This document shows, piece by piece, positions 20,164-29,064 of a DNA stretch of 64,000 nucleotides; position 1 is the stretch's first letter; the number at the start of each line of letters is the position of its first letter. Source of the DNA: an uncultured delta proteobacterium (GTDB lineage: Bacteria; Desulfobacterota; Binatia; UBA9968); assembly GCA_963816145.1 (NCBI GenBank), contig CAWFJP010000003.1:64001-128000 (forward strand), given 5' to 3'. The translations under genes and the position numbers were made by a program. Under the pieces are notes generated by a model. It was not told the DNA's origin, did not search any database, and was given only the letters and a program-made list of their open reading frames with translations.

Positions 20164-20355
20164 ATGAATAGCTGGATTCGCCGCATTTTGGCTTCGCTAG
20201 CGATTATCCTCATTTTCGTCGCCTTTATGTTTTTCTATCCTGTCCTCTATAATTCGCTTGGGAGAATTTTGGCGATGTCGATGTGGTTGGTATTGATTTT
20301 CATGTGCGAGGTGCTTTGGAACTTTGTATGCGATAATTCAAAACGAAGTGAATGA
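20164..20355 (+). CDS. small two-TM membrane protein (hypothetical)
   Basis: Two hydrophobic helices; stop overlaps the next start (atga). Confidence 0.5.
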   Translation: MNSWIRRILASLAIILIFVAFMFFYPVLYNSLGRILAMSMWLVLIFMCEVLWNFVCDNSKRSE

Positions 20356-21071
20356 ATGTGGTAACAAACTCTTTCGCAGGAAAAATCGCGTTGGTCACGG
20401 GTGCAGGGCGCGGCATCGGACGCACCATCGCGATGAGCCTCGCGAAGAACGGGTGCGAGATCTGCCTTACTGCCCGAAGCCTAGATCAGCTTGTCACTGT
20501 GCAGTCGGAGATTCAGGCTCTGGCTGTTAAAGCCAACGTAGTCCAAGCCGATCTCACCCGCGACGATGATCTGCATTCGTTGGTTCAAAGGTGCGGGCCG
20601 GTAGATATTCTCATCAACAACGCCGGTTGGGGCAAGCGCGCGCCGGTGGTCCGCTCGCGCGTCGACGACTGGGATCAAACCTTCCGGCTCAACCTGCGCG
20701 CGCCGATGATCCTCGCCAAAGAGTTTCTGCCGGCGATGATCAAGAAGGGAGATGGCGCGGTCATCAACATCGGCTCGGTGTCCGGCAAGAGCGGCGAAGC
20801 CAACGGCGCCGCGTACTCAGCGTCGAAGTTCGGCCTGATCGGCTTCACGCAATCCCTTTATGAAGAAGTCCGGGAGCATGGCATCAAAGTCGCGGTCATC
20901 TTGCCTGGCTTCGTCGACACGCCGATGATCCCGCCGGTGAAACATCTGGATCGTAGCAAGATGATTCAAGCGGAAGATGTCGCCCAAGCGGTGCTCTATG
21001 TGCTCGACGCGCCACCAACAGCGTGTCCGGTCGAAATCACGATCCGGCCGCAGCGGACACCGTATCGGTGA
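20352..21071 (+). CDS. short-chain dehydrogenase/reductase (SDR)
   Basis: TGAGRGIG, NNAG, YSASK catalytic motif. Confidence 0.92.
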   Translation: MNVVTNSFAGKIALVTGAGRGIGRTIAMSLAKNGCEICLTARSLDQLVTVQSEIQALAVKANVVQADLTRDDDLHSLVQRCGPVDILINNAGWGKRAPVVRSRVDDWDQTFRLNLRAPMILAKEFLPAMIKKGDGAVINIGSVSGKSGEANGAAYSASKFGLIGFTQSLYEEVREHGIKVAVILPGFVDTPMIPPVKHLDRSKMIQAEDVAQAVLYVLDAPPTACPVEITIRPQRTPYR

Positions 21072-21375
21072 TGGAAAAGGGTTGGCTCGGCATGACGCAG
21101 TAGTTTCAGCGCGTCCGTTCGTCCAATCGTGGGCGCCGTCAGGGTTTCCGACGCAGACCATCGGCTTTGCGCGGGTACGAAATGTTACGCACCATGGATT
21201 CGCTTGGCTCAACCATCCGACGGGACAGCTTTAGGCGTGCAACAGGGCGTGGGTGATGCGCCCGTAAAGCGACAGCATATCGCCGTTGACTCCTACCTTC
21301 GCGATTTGACAGGAAAAATCAGAAACTGTAACCCTATTGGAAAGAAATTTTAAAGTTATTTGTGGAGGAGATCCG

Positions 21376-22441
21376 ATGGCCATGATCGATGCCGACACTC
21401 ACGTCGATGAGTGCGAAGAGACTTGGAAAAAGTTGGAGGGTACGCCGTACGCCAAGTACATTCCGGTGACCACCACGATGCCGCCCGATGAGGCCAAGCG
21501 AGCCGGATACAATGCGACTAATAGCCGCTGCTGGGTGGTCGAAGGCCGGCTGCAGAACCGCGCCATCCGTGATGATATCAATCATCCGCTCCGAGTCTTC
21601 CGCGAACTTGAAGATGTGCCCGGCCGGGTCGCGCATATGGACAAGATGGGGGTGGCGGTGCAGGTCATCTTCCCGACATTTTTCATTCGCTACAATACCG
21701 GTAACGCCGAAGCCGAGTGGGCGTTGACCACGACTTACAACCGCTGGCTGGCCGAGAAATGCGCGCCGACCAACGGCCGGTTGCGCTGGGCCGCGGTGCT
21801 GCCGCTCCTGAGTCCCGACAGAGCGGTAACGGAGTTACGCTGGGCAAAAGAGCATGGCGCCTGCGGCATCTTCAAACGCGGCTTCGACCTTGACCGCTAT
21901 GTGACCGATGCCGCACTTCTTTCCAGTTTATGAAGAAGCCAGCGCCCTCGATCTGCCGCTGTGCATCCACACCGGCCACCCGCTGCCTGGCCATGAATGG
22001 GATCGCGGGTTTCCGATCATGTACTCCTGCGGCGCAGTGGTTAGCTCCGGCATCGCCAAGCAGTTTCCCAAGCTAAGATTTGGCTTCATTGAGTCGGGAG
22101 CGTCGTGGATTCCTTATACGATCTCCCAGTTGGGGGCGGTAAAACGCCAATCGCTGCGCGGTAAAGCAACGCGCTTGCCCAACCTTTACGAATTGGAACC
22201 GGATATGTTCCGCGCCAACCGGTTGTTCGTCACCATCGACCCCATCGATGATATCGAGTCGATTCTAAAGTTCGGCACCGAAGACAACTTGATGATCGGC
22301 ACAGACTACAGTCACACCGATATCTCGGCCAACCTGAGCGCGCTCGACGAGGTCAAGGGCTGGGTCGACGAAGGCCGGATCAACAACACCCAGGCGAAAA
22401 AGATTCTCGAGACCAACTCCAAGGAGTTCTACCGGCTGTAA
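21376..22441 (+). pseudogene. amidohydrolase_2-family protein, split by a +1 frameshift at ~21910 (possibly sequencing error)
   Basis: IDADTH, YNRWLAE, then gat-g-ccg-cac joins to PHFFPVYE..PLCIHTG..FIESGASW..GTDYSH. Confidence 0.8.
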
Positions 22442-22547
22442 AGAAAGAGATTTCGGAAACGGATTATTCCCGCAAAGGCGCAAAGACACCAAGGTAGGAA
22501 GAGGCTAAGGCAGCACAACGCAGACTGGATAAGGCGCGGCGAGAATT

Positions 22548-22631
22548 CGTCATGCCGGTGAAAACCGGCATCCATCTTCGACTTTGGCGCACCGATGATA
22601 GCCCTGAATTCCGGCCTGCGCCGGAATGACG
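22548..22631. repeat. palindromic MITE/REP-like element, copy 2
   Basis: cgtcatgccggtgaaaaccggcatcca...gaattccggcctgcgccggaatgacg; homologous to 17896..17976. Confidence 0.8.
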
Positions 22632-22701
22632 GAGGGAGGCGTCAGCTGTCAGTCAATGATTTCTGAGCCCCCTAGCTTGGAACCAAGGCGGTTCATTCCG
22701 A

Positions 22702-23379
22702 TTAGGCACAGAGCTGCGCTAGACGGGTCAGTTCCACTTCCTCGAGGCTATTTACGATGCTGTCGGCGTCTCGTAGCAGCTCGGCCGGATGCGAGTTGGT
22801 GACCGCCAGACATTTCATGCCGGCCCGCCGGGCGCCTTTGATGCCTTCTTTGGAATCCTCGATGACAACGCATTCGCTGGCATGAATGGCATCGTTATTT
22901 TGCGCATTCAACGTTGCCAGCGCTTTGAGATAGATATCGGGCTCGGGTTTACCCCGTTCGATATCCTCGGCGCTGACGATGGCTTTGAAGTGATGAATTA
23001 AGCCGACGGTGGTAAGGATGGTTTCAATCTCGTGGCGCAGGGCGCCGGATGCGACCGCCAGCGGCAGGTTGTTGGCCAAATCGGCGACGAGTTCTTTCAC
23101 CCCCGGAAAGATCGCGACATGGTTGCGGATCGCTTCCTGGTAGTAGACCGCCTTGCGGTCAATTAATTCTGTCAGTTTTTCATGGTTTAACGGCCGGTTG
23201 TGTTCGCGATAGCCAAAACTGAAGGCGCCGCGGTCGTCGAAGCCTAGGTAGCGTGCATAGTAGGCCTCTTTGCTCAGATCGATGCCTTCCTCGGCAAAGA
23301 CCTTCTGGAACATTTCAAAGTGGATCGGCTCATCGTCGACGATGATGCCATTGAAGTCGAAAATAACCGCGCGCAGCAT
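22702..23379 (-). CDS. HAD-family phosphatase (beta-PGM/CbbY-like)
   Basis: FDFNGIIVD motif I variant, VASGA, GKPEPDIY, IEDS. Confidence 0.88.
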   Translation of the reverse strand: MLRAVIFDFNGIIVDDEPIHFEMFQKVFAEEGIDLSKEAYYARYLGFDDRGAFSFGYREHNRPLNHEKLTELIDRKAVYYQEAIRNHVAIFPGVKELVADLANNLPLAVASGALRHEIETILTTVGLIHHFKAIVSAEDIERGKPEPDIYLKALATLNAQNNDAIHASECVVIEDSKEGIKGARRAGMKCLAVTNSHPAELLRDADSIVNSLEEVELTRLAQLCA

Positions 23380-23438
23380 GATTCTAACGTACAGGATTCG
23401 TCTTTTGTTTCAACGCGATCTGCGCTAGAAAAGCATCT

Positions 23439-23990
23439 ATGGCAACAGATCATCATGAGGCGCACCACGCTGGCCACGGGCATGGCCATGTCGAGTATCG
23501 CTTCTGTCCTAAGTGCGGCGGCGGTTTGGATAAGAAGATCGTCAAAAGCAATGAGCCCCACCGGCTGGTCTGCCAGGCCTGTTCGTTCATTTTCTACCAA
23601 GATCCCAAGGTAGTTGCCGGCACCGTGTTTACTTTGAACGGCGGCATCGTCTTGCTCAAGCGCGGTGTCGAGCCGGCGTTGGGCAAGTGGGTGTTTCCCG
23701 GCGGCTACGTCGATCGCGGCGAGAGTGTCGCCGACGCCGCAGTGCGCGAGACCAAGGAAGAATGCCTGCTCGACGTAAAACTCGGCCCTTTGCTCAATGT
23801 CTACTCCTACGCCCGCTCACCCAACGTGATTGTGGTTTACACGGCTGAAGTTATTGGCGGGACGCTCACCGCCGCCGATGAGTCGACCGATGCCGCGGTC
23901 TTTGCGCCGACAGACTTGCCGTGGCATGAACTCGCCTTCGACAGCACCCAGGACGCGCTCAAGGATTATATTCGCGCGTACCTGAAATAG
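23439..23990 (+). CDS. NUDIX hydrolase with N-terminal His-rich tail and zinc ribbon
   Basis: CPKCG..CQAC zinc ribbon; PGGYVDRGESVADAAVRETKEE Nudix box. Confidence 0.9.
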   Translation: MATDHHEAHHAGHGHGHVEYRFCPKCGGGLDKKIVKSNEPHRLVCQACSFIFYQDPKVVAGTVFTLNGGIVLLKRGVEPALGKWVFPGGYVDRGESVADAAVRETKEECLLDVKLGPLLNVYSYARSPNVIVVYTAEVIGGTLTAADESTDAAVFAPTDLPWHELAFDSTQDALKDYIRAYLK

Positions 23991-24175
23991 GAAAATCCTC
24001 CTCGATCCCCCTTTGTCAAAGGAGGGATGAATTCGCAAATCAAAGCAACTCGATTAGAAGGCGTCTTGTCTGCGGCTTGCGACGACAAGAGAACGCGGCT
24101 TCGCCGAGGAGTGACAACCGCAATCGGGATCAGTACAATTTCCCGCTTCGAAAAAGATGGGTTAGGGAGATTTCT
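23991..24175. repeat. inverted pair of REP-like units (aaatcctcctcgatccccctttgtcaaaggaggga / tcccgcttcgaaaaagatgggttagggagattt)
   Basis: Two degenerate copies in opposite orientation, each with an internal hairpin, between convergent genes. Confidence 0.6.
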
Positions 24176-24255
24176 GGATTGATGAAGCGCCATATAACGA
24201 AAGGCCCGCGAGCCTGAATGACGCTGCGGGCGTCGTTAAGTGAATGGGGATTGAG

Positions 24256-24564
24256 TTACCCTAAGTCAACCAGCACGTCGTCGCCTTCAACTTGAACTTC
24301 GTATTTCTCCGTCGGCAGGGCGGGGAGGAGTTCGTTTTCACCGGTGGTGACGTTGTAGCGCCAACCATGCCAGGGACAGATGACCGTGGTGCCGTCTATC
24401 TCACCTTCGGCCAGTGGACCGCCGCGGTGGCCGCAGACATCGTTGATCGCGTAGAATGTGCCGTCGATATTGAAGACGCCCACCGCCTTGCCGTTGATCT
24501 CTAAGCTTTTGCCGCAGCCGCCTTTGACATCGTCGGTTTTGCAGACTTTTACGAAATTGGCCAT
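24256..24564 (-). CDS. Rieske [2Fe-2S] ferredoxin
   Basis: CGH..GPL and CPWHGW ligand motifs. Confidence 0.92.
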   Translation of the reverse strand: MANFVKVCKTDDVKGGCGKSLEINGKAVGVFNIDGTFYAINDVCGHRGGPLAEGEIDGTTVICPWHGWRYNVTTGENELLPALPTEKYEVQVEGDDVLVDLG

Positions 24565-24627
24565 TGCCCAAGTTCCTTTCTGATCTGGAACAAATTTCCG
24601 CTTAATATACGGACTTGAAGCGTGGTT

Positions 24628-25716
24628 TCAAGGGGCGGGGTGACGAGTGGTGACAATCGGCCTCGTACTCACCGTCGCGCCGAATTCGCTGCCGTCGTGA
24701 TGCACCGACAACTTCGTGCCCGGTGTCCAGAAATCTTTGTTGACATAACCCAGGGCGATCGGTTTTTGGAGTGCAATCGAAGCCACCGAACTGGTGATTT
24801 GACCTATTTCCTTACCCCCCGCGCTGAGTTTGTCACCGGGACTTGCCGGCGTATCGCCTTCAACCAGCAGGCCGCAGAGCTTCTTATTGACATGACCGCG
24901 CGAACGGATGCGCTCGACGACCTCCTGGCCGAGATAACAGCCTTTATTGAAGCTTACGGCGTCGTCCAGAGCGACTTCGAGCAGCAAATAGTCTTCGGAA
25001 AAATCCACTCCATAGCGGGGGATGCCGGCTTCGACGCGCAAGGTATTCTGTGCCTGCGCGCCGACCCATGCTGCGCCCCGGTCGATCAACCGTTGGGCGA
25101 ATGCCGAAAGCTGTGCAGTTTGGACGATTAGATCGAAGCCATCGTAGCCGCTGCGGTCGGCGCGCACGACGCAGACCGGAGCGCCGTCGAACTGCACCAT
25201 ACCATGGTGATCGGGCTCTGCTGGCAGATCGGCATTACCAAAGACTTTCTCCAGGATCGCTCGCGCCCGCGGCCCCTGGAGCGACAGCATCTTCCACTGC
25301 TCATTGGGGTCGTGGATCTCCACCTCATCGGCGACCAGGTAGCGATTGAGATGAGTCAAAATCTTTTCTTTGAGCGGTTCCCAAAAATCCAAATAGAAAG
25401 AGTTCAACGAGCACAACACTCGGACATCGGCAATCACTTTGCCCTGCTGGGTGAGGATCGTCGCCTGCTGGCCGTCGAACATCTTCAGCGGTCGCAGATC
25501 GTTGGAGAGCATGCCTTGAAGATAAGACAGCCGATCGTCGCCTGTGAACTGAAGCATGGCGCGATTGGCGAGATCGAACAGACCAGCAAACTTGCCGACC
25601 GCTTGGTATTCGCGCGCCGGATCGCCGAAATGGTCCGGCAAGAGCCAACCATCTTGTTCGATGAATGCAGCCCCTTGGCGTTGCTGCAAATCGGAAAGGG
25701 TCGATCGCTTTGCCAT
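24628..25716 (-). CDS. ygfZ: YgfZ/GcvT-family folate-binding protein
   Basis: KGCYLGQEVV signature, LRVEAGIP, GcvT-like N-terminus. Confidence 0.85.
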   Translation of the reverse strand: MAKRSTLSDLQQRQGAAFIEQDGWLLPDHFGDPAREYQAVGKFAGLFDLANRAMLQFTGDDRLSYLQGMLSNDLRPLKMFDGQQATILTQQGKVIADVRVLCSLNSFYLDFWEPLKEKILTHLNRYLVADEVEIHDPNEQWKMLSLQGPRARAILEKVFGNADLPAEPDHHGMVQFDGAPVCVVRADRSGYDGFDLIVQTAQLSAFAQRLIDRGAAWVGAQAQNTLRVEAGIPRYGVDFSEDYLLLEVALDDAVSFNKGCYLGQEVVERIRSRGHVNKKLCGLLVEGDTPASPGDKLSAGGKEIGQITSSVASIALQKPIALGYVNKDFWTPGTKLSVHHDGSEFGATVSTRPIVTTRHPAP

Positions 25717-25834
25717 TGCTGCGAATATATACCGTCAAGCGCTGCCGTTGACAATGCCAATTGCTGGCTTGCGATCATTGATAGATAGATTAGCGGTGTG
25801 ATAGACAGACAGTATCTTATTACGGAGGTGCTTC

Positions 25835-26302
25835 ATGGCAGGACTCGAAGGGCAAAAAGCGCCGGCGTTCACTCTCGCGGGGAGCGACGGCAAACAGCAT
25901 TCGCTGGCTGAGTACGCCGGCAAAAACGTTATTTTGTGGTTTTATCCGAAAGACGACACACCTGGCTGAACCAAGGAAGCGTGCGGGTTCCGCGACGCTA
26001 TCGATACTGTAACCAAAGCCAATACCGTGGTTGTCGGTGTCAGCCCGGATGGCATCGATTCGCACAATCAATTCATCAGCAAGTTTAACCTGCCCTTTGT
26101 TCTGCTCGCCGACCAGCAAAAAGAGACTATGAAGGCCTACGGTGCTTGGGGACCGCGCAAGAACGCCCAAGGCGAAGTATCGGAAGGGACGATCCGTTCG
26201 ACGGCATTGATCGGCGCCGACGGCACGATTAAGAAACACTGGATTCCCGTTACCGATGCCGGCGCTCACCCGGCGGAAGTTTTGGAATTCTTAAATAAAT
26301 AG
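25835..26302 (+). CDS. bcp: selenocysteine-containing peroxiredoxin (BCP/PrxQ family), 155 aa, Sec at TGA 25967-25969
   Basis: RBS ggaggtg and ATG 25835 give MAGLEGQKAPAFTL...[19 protein letters not shown], in frame with the ORF 26027..26302 (GVSPD, RSTALIG). The TGA occupies the peroxidatic Cys position. Confidence 0.9.
25978..25999 (+). promoter_or_regulatory. putative bacterial SECIS hairpin (Prx 1)
   Basis: agcgt-gcgg-gtt-ccgc-(g)-acgct; apical loop begins with G about 17 nt after the UGA. Confidence 0.65.
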
Positions 26303-26316
26303 ATTTTCACTCCATC

Positions 26317-26361
26317 GCTCAGGGAGCGCTCCGTTCAATTCGCCGGTGGCGCTCCCTGAGC
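26317..26361. other. 13-bp perfect stem-loop between Prx 1 and LysR
   Basis: gctcagggagcgc ... gcgctccctgagc, no U-tract; possible mRNA stabiliser or processing site. Confidence 0.6.
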
Positions 26362-26380
26362 TACCCGCTTCACCTATTCC

Positions 26381-27289
26381 ATGGCCAAAGTCAAAGCCGA
26401 TCTTGATCTCCACAAACTAGAAATTTTCTACTGGGTGGCTGAACAGAAGAGTTTTTCTCAAGCTGCCGAATTGTTATCTCTGCGCCAGCCAACCATAAGT
26501 GCTCACGTGCAAGAACTCGAGAAGGCGGTGGGCGGCAAGCTGCTCTACCGCATGCCGGGGAAAGTCAGTCTGACGCCGCTCGGTCTCATGCTCGCCGAAC
26601 GGGCGAAGAATCTGCTCAGTTTCAAGCGCGAAACCATCGCCGCTGTGGAACAGTTTCACGGCACGCTTAGCGGCGAACTTTGGGTCGGTGGTAGCAGCAT
26701 TCCCGGTGAATATCTTTTGCCGCAGAAATTGGGCGAGTTCACCAAGAAGTATCCGAAGGTGAAACCGATCCTGCGCATCGGCGATTCCGCCGGTATCATT
26801 ACCGAACTGATCGAAGGGAAAGTCGAGATCGGCTTTGTCGGCTTTAAAGGCGACGATGGCCGGCTCACCTTCGAGAAGATCTGGGACGATGAAATGGTCG
26901 TGGCGGTACCCAAAGGTCACCCCTGGACCAGGCGTAAAGCCATCGAAGTCGCCGATCTGCGCAATGAAAAATTCATCTCACGCGAACATGGCTCGGGAAC
27001 TCTGGACTCCTTACGCCAATTGCTAGCCAAGCACAAACCACCCGGCGAGCTTTTGAACATCACCATGGAACTCGGTAGCACAGAGGCGGTCAAGGAAGCC
27101 CTGATGGCCGGTTACGGCTTTTCGATCTTATCGCGCATTTCGATCCAACACGAGTTAGCCGACGGCAACATCGTCGAGGTGCCCATCCGCGGCCTCAAGA
27201 TGGAGCGCGGCTTCTATCAAGTATTGCACAGCCGCCGGCCGCTCCATCCCATCGCGCAGACCTTTCGCGTCTTCCTCAAGACACAATAA
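26381..27289 (+). CDS. LysR-family regulator, CysL-like (resembles the selenium-metabolism-associated LysR type)
   Basis: HTH SFSQAAELLSLRQPTISAHVQELE; GGSSIPGEYLLP, REHGSGT, STEAVK typical of CysL-like substrate domains. Confidence 0.9.
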   Translation: MAKVKADLDLHKLEIFYWVAEQKSFSQAAELLSLRQPTISAHVQELEKAVGGKLLYRMPGKVSLTPLGLMLAERAKNLLSFKRETIAAVEQFHGTLSGELWVGGSSIPGEYLLPQKLGEFTKKYPKVKPILRIGDSAGIITELIEGKVEIGFVGFKGDDGRLTFEKIWDDEMVVAVPKGHPWTRRKAIEVADLRNEKFISREHGSGTLDSLRQLLAKHKPPGELLNITMELGSTEAVKEALMAGYGFSILSRISIQHELADGNIVEVPIRGLKMERGFYQVLHSRRPLHPIAQTFRVFLKTQ

Positions 27290-27333
27290 TCGCGGCCAAT
27301 TTTTTCAGGAAAAATTTGCCTGCGGGCTCTTTC

Positions 27334-27348
27334 ATAGCTATTTCCTAT
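27334..27348. promoter_or_regulatory. putative LysR box ATAG-N7-CTAT upstream of the sulfoxide synthase gene
   Basis: atagctatttcctat is a palindromic T-N11-A site in an AT-rich spacer 40 bp before ATG 27388. Confidence 0.5.
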
Positions 27349-27387
27349 TTAGTATATAGCTCAAATGAATTCGCGGAGGGCTGAGAC

Positions 27388-28746
27388 ATGGCACTGTCGC
27401 TGAAGAGCCGGGGACCGAGCGCCGCCGAGCAGTTGCGCGAGAGATTTGCCGCCGCTTGGGCTCGGTCAGATCAATTGTTCGCCATCGTGGGCGACGCGCA
27501 AACGTTGGCCAAGCCGATCGTTTGGCGCCATCCGTTTATTTTCTACATTGGCCATTTGCCGGCGTTCTCTTGGAACCAAGTGTGCGGCGGGATTCTCCAT
27601 TGGCCGTCGTTCAACAGCTATTTCGACGATCTGTTCTGCCGCGGCATCGACCCCGATGTCGACACTGGTGAATGCCATTGGCATCCCGAAGTACCGGACC
27701 AGTGGCCCACACTCGCAGAGACTGTTTATTATCGTGATCGGGTTCGCAGGGCGCTGCTCGATTCTACCGATGCGCTTGGCTATTGCCCTTCCACCGACCT
27801 GCTGGCTCAAGGCGGGCGCGTCTTCGAACTGATCTTGGAGCATGAGTACATGCACCAAGAGACCTTGATGTACATGATGCAACAGATGACGTCCGACGCT
27901 AAGCTCCGGCCGCGCAATTTTCCGCGCTATGCATTCGGACGAGCCGCAGCGAGGGAGACCGTACGGATTCCCGCGGGGAAAGCCCGTTTGGGGACGCGCT
28001 TCGATGAACTAACCTTCGGTTGGGATAATGAATTTTCCGAGATCACTGTGGACGTGGCTGGGTTCAAGATCGACAGTTTGCCGGTGACCAACGGCGAATT
28101 CTTTGAATTCGTCACTGTCGGCGCCTATGCCGATCCGCGCTATTGGCGCCCCGAGGACTGGCAGTGGAAGGAGCTGGAGCACAAACAGCATCCAACTTGC
28201 TGGCTCAAACAAACCGATTGCTGGTTTTATCGCGCCATGTTCGACATTTTGCCCCTCGAACAAGTGGCGAGCTGGCCGGTGTATGTGAGCCTGGCCGAAG
28301 CTCGCGCCTTTGCGAAGTGGCGCGGCCAACGTTTGCCGACGGAAGCCGAATATCAGCGCGCGGCCTATTACGGGCCCAGTGAACGTGAATCGACCTATCC
28401 GTGGGGTGATGGTGAGCCGAGTCCGCGCCACGGCAACTTTGACTTTGCCGCGTGGTCGGCCCATCCGGTCGGATCTCATCCCGCCGGAGCGAGCCGTTGG
28501 GGGGTGCAGGAGCTCATCGGCAATGGCTGGGAGCTGACCGACACACCGTTCGCGCCGCTGCCCGGATTCACGCCATACATGACGACCTATCCGGACTATT
28601 CGAAAGATTTTTTCGACGGCAAGCACTTTGTCGTCAAGGGCGCGTCATGGGCCACAGACAAGCAACTTTTGCGGCCAAGCTTTCGTAACTGGTACCAAGC
28701 CCACTATCCTTATGTGTTCGCCAAATTTCGCTGTGTCAGTGATTGA
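27388..28746 (+). CDS. EgtB/Egt1-like non-heme iron sulfoxide synthase (DinB + FGE-sulfatase domains)
   Basis: RHPFIFYIGHL, RGIDPDVD..CHWH.EVPDQWP, EHEYMHQETL iron ligands, RLPTEAE, GNGWE, RNWYQAHYPY. Confidence 0.85.
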   Translation: MALSLKSRGPSAAEQLRERFAAAWARSDQLFAIVGDAQTLAKPIVWRHPFIFYIGHLPAFSWNQVCGGILHWPSFNSYFDDLFCRGIDPDVDTGECHWHPEVPDQWPTLAETVYYRDRVRRALLDSTDALGYCPSTDLLAQGGRVFELILEHEYMHQETLMYMMQQMTSDAKLRPRNFPRYAFGRAAARETVRIPAGKARLGTRFDELTFGWDNEFSEITVDVAGFKIDSLPVTNGEFFEFVTVGAYADPRYWRPEDWQWKELEHKQHPTCWLKQTDCWFYRAMFDILPLEQVASWPVYVSLAEARAFAKWRGQRLPTEAEYQRAAYYGPSERESTYPWGDGEPSPRHGNFDFAAWSAHPVGSHPAGASRWGVQELIGNGWELTDTPFAPLPGFTPYMTTYPDYSKDFFDGKHFVVKGASWATDKQLLRPSFRNWYQAHYPYVFAKFRCVSD

Positions 28747-28771
28747 TATGGCCGGAGCGAAAGGAATCATC

Positions 28772-29053
28772 ATGAAAGCAATTTGGGAAGATGCCGTTGT
28801 CGCCGAGTCCGACCAAACCATTGTGGTGGAAGGCAATCATTATTTCCCGCCGGATTCGATCAAGAAGGATTGCTTTGGTCCCAGCGACACGCATACGACG
28901 TGCCCCTGGAAGGGTGTCGCTAGCTACTACAACGTGAAGGTTGGCGAAAAGGTCAACGCGGATGCCGCTTGGTTCTATCCCGATCCCAAGGAAGCGGCTA
29001 AGTCAATCAAGGATTATGTAGCGTTTTGGCGCGGCGTAAAAATCGCGGAATAG
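28772..29053 (+). CDS. DUF427 (nucleotidyltransferase-like) protein
   Basis: VEGNHYFPP, TTCPWKGVASYY, AAWFYPDPK, VAFW. Confidence 0.9.
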   Translation: MKAIWEDAVVAESDQTIVVEGNHYFPPDSIKKDCFGPSDTHTTCPWKGVASYYNVKVGEKVNADAAWFYPDPKEAAKSIKDYVAFWRGVKIAE

Positions 29054-29064
29054 GGATCCCGTCG

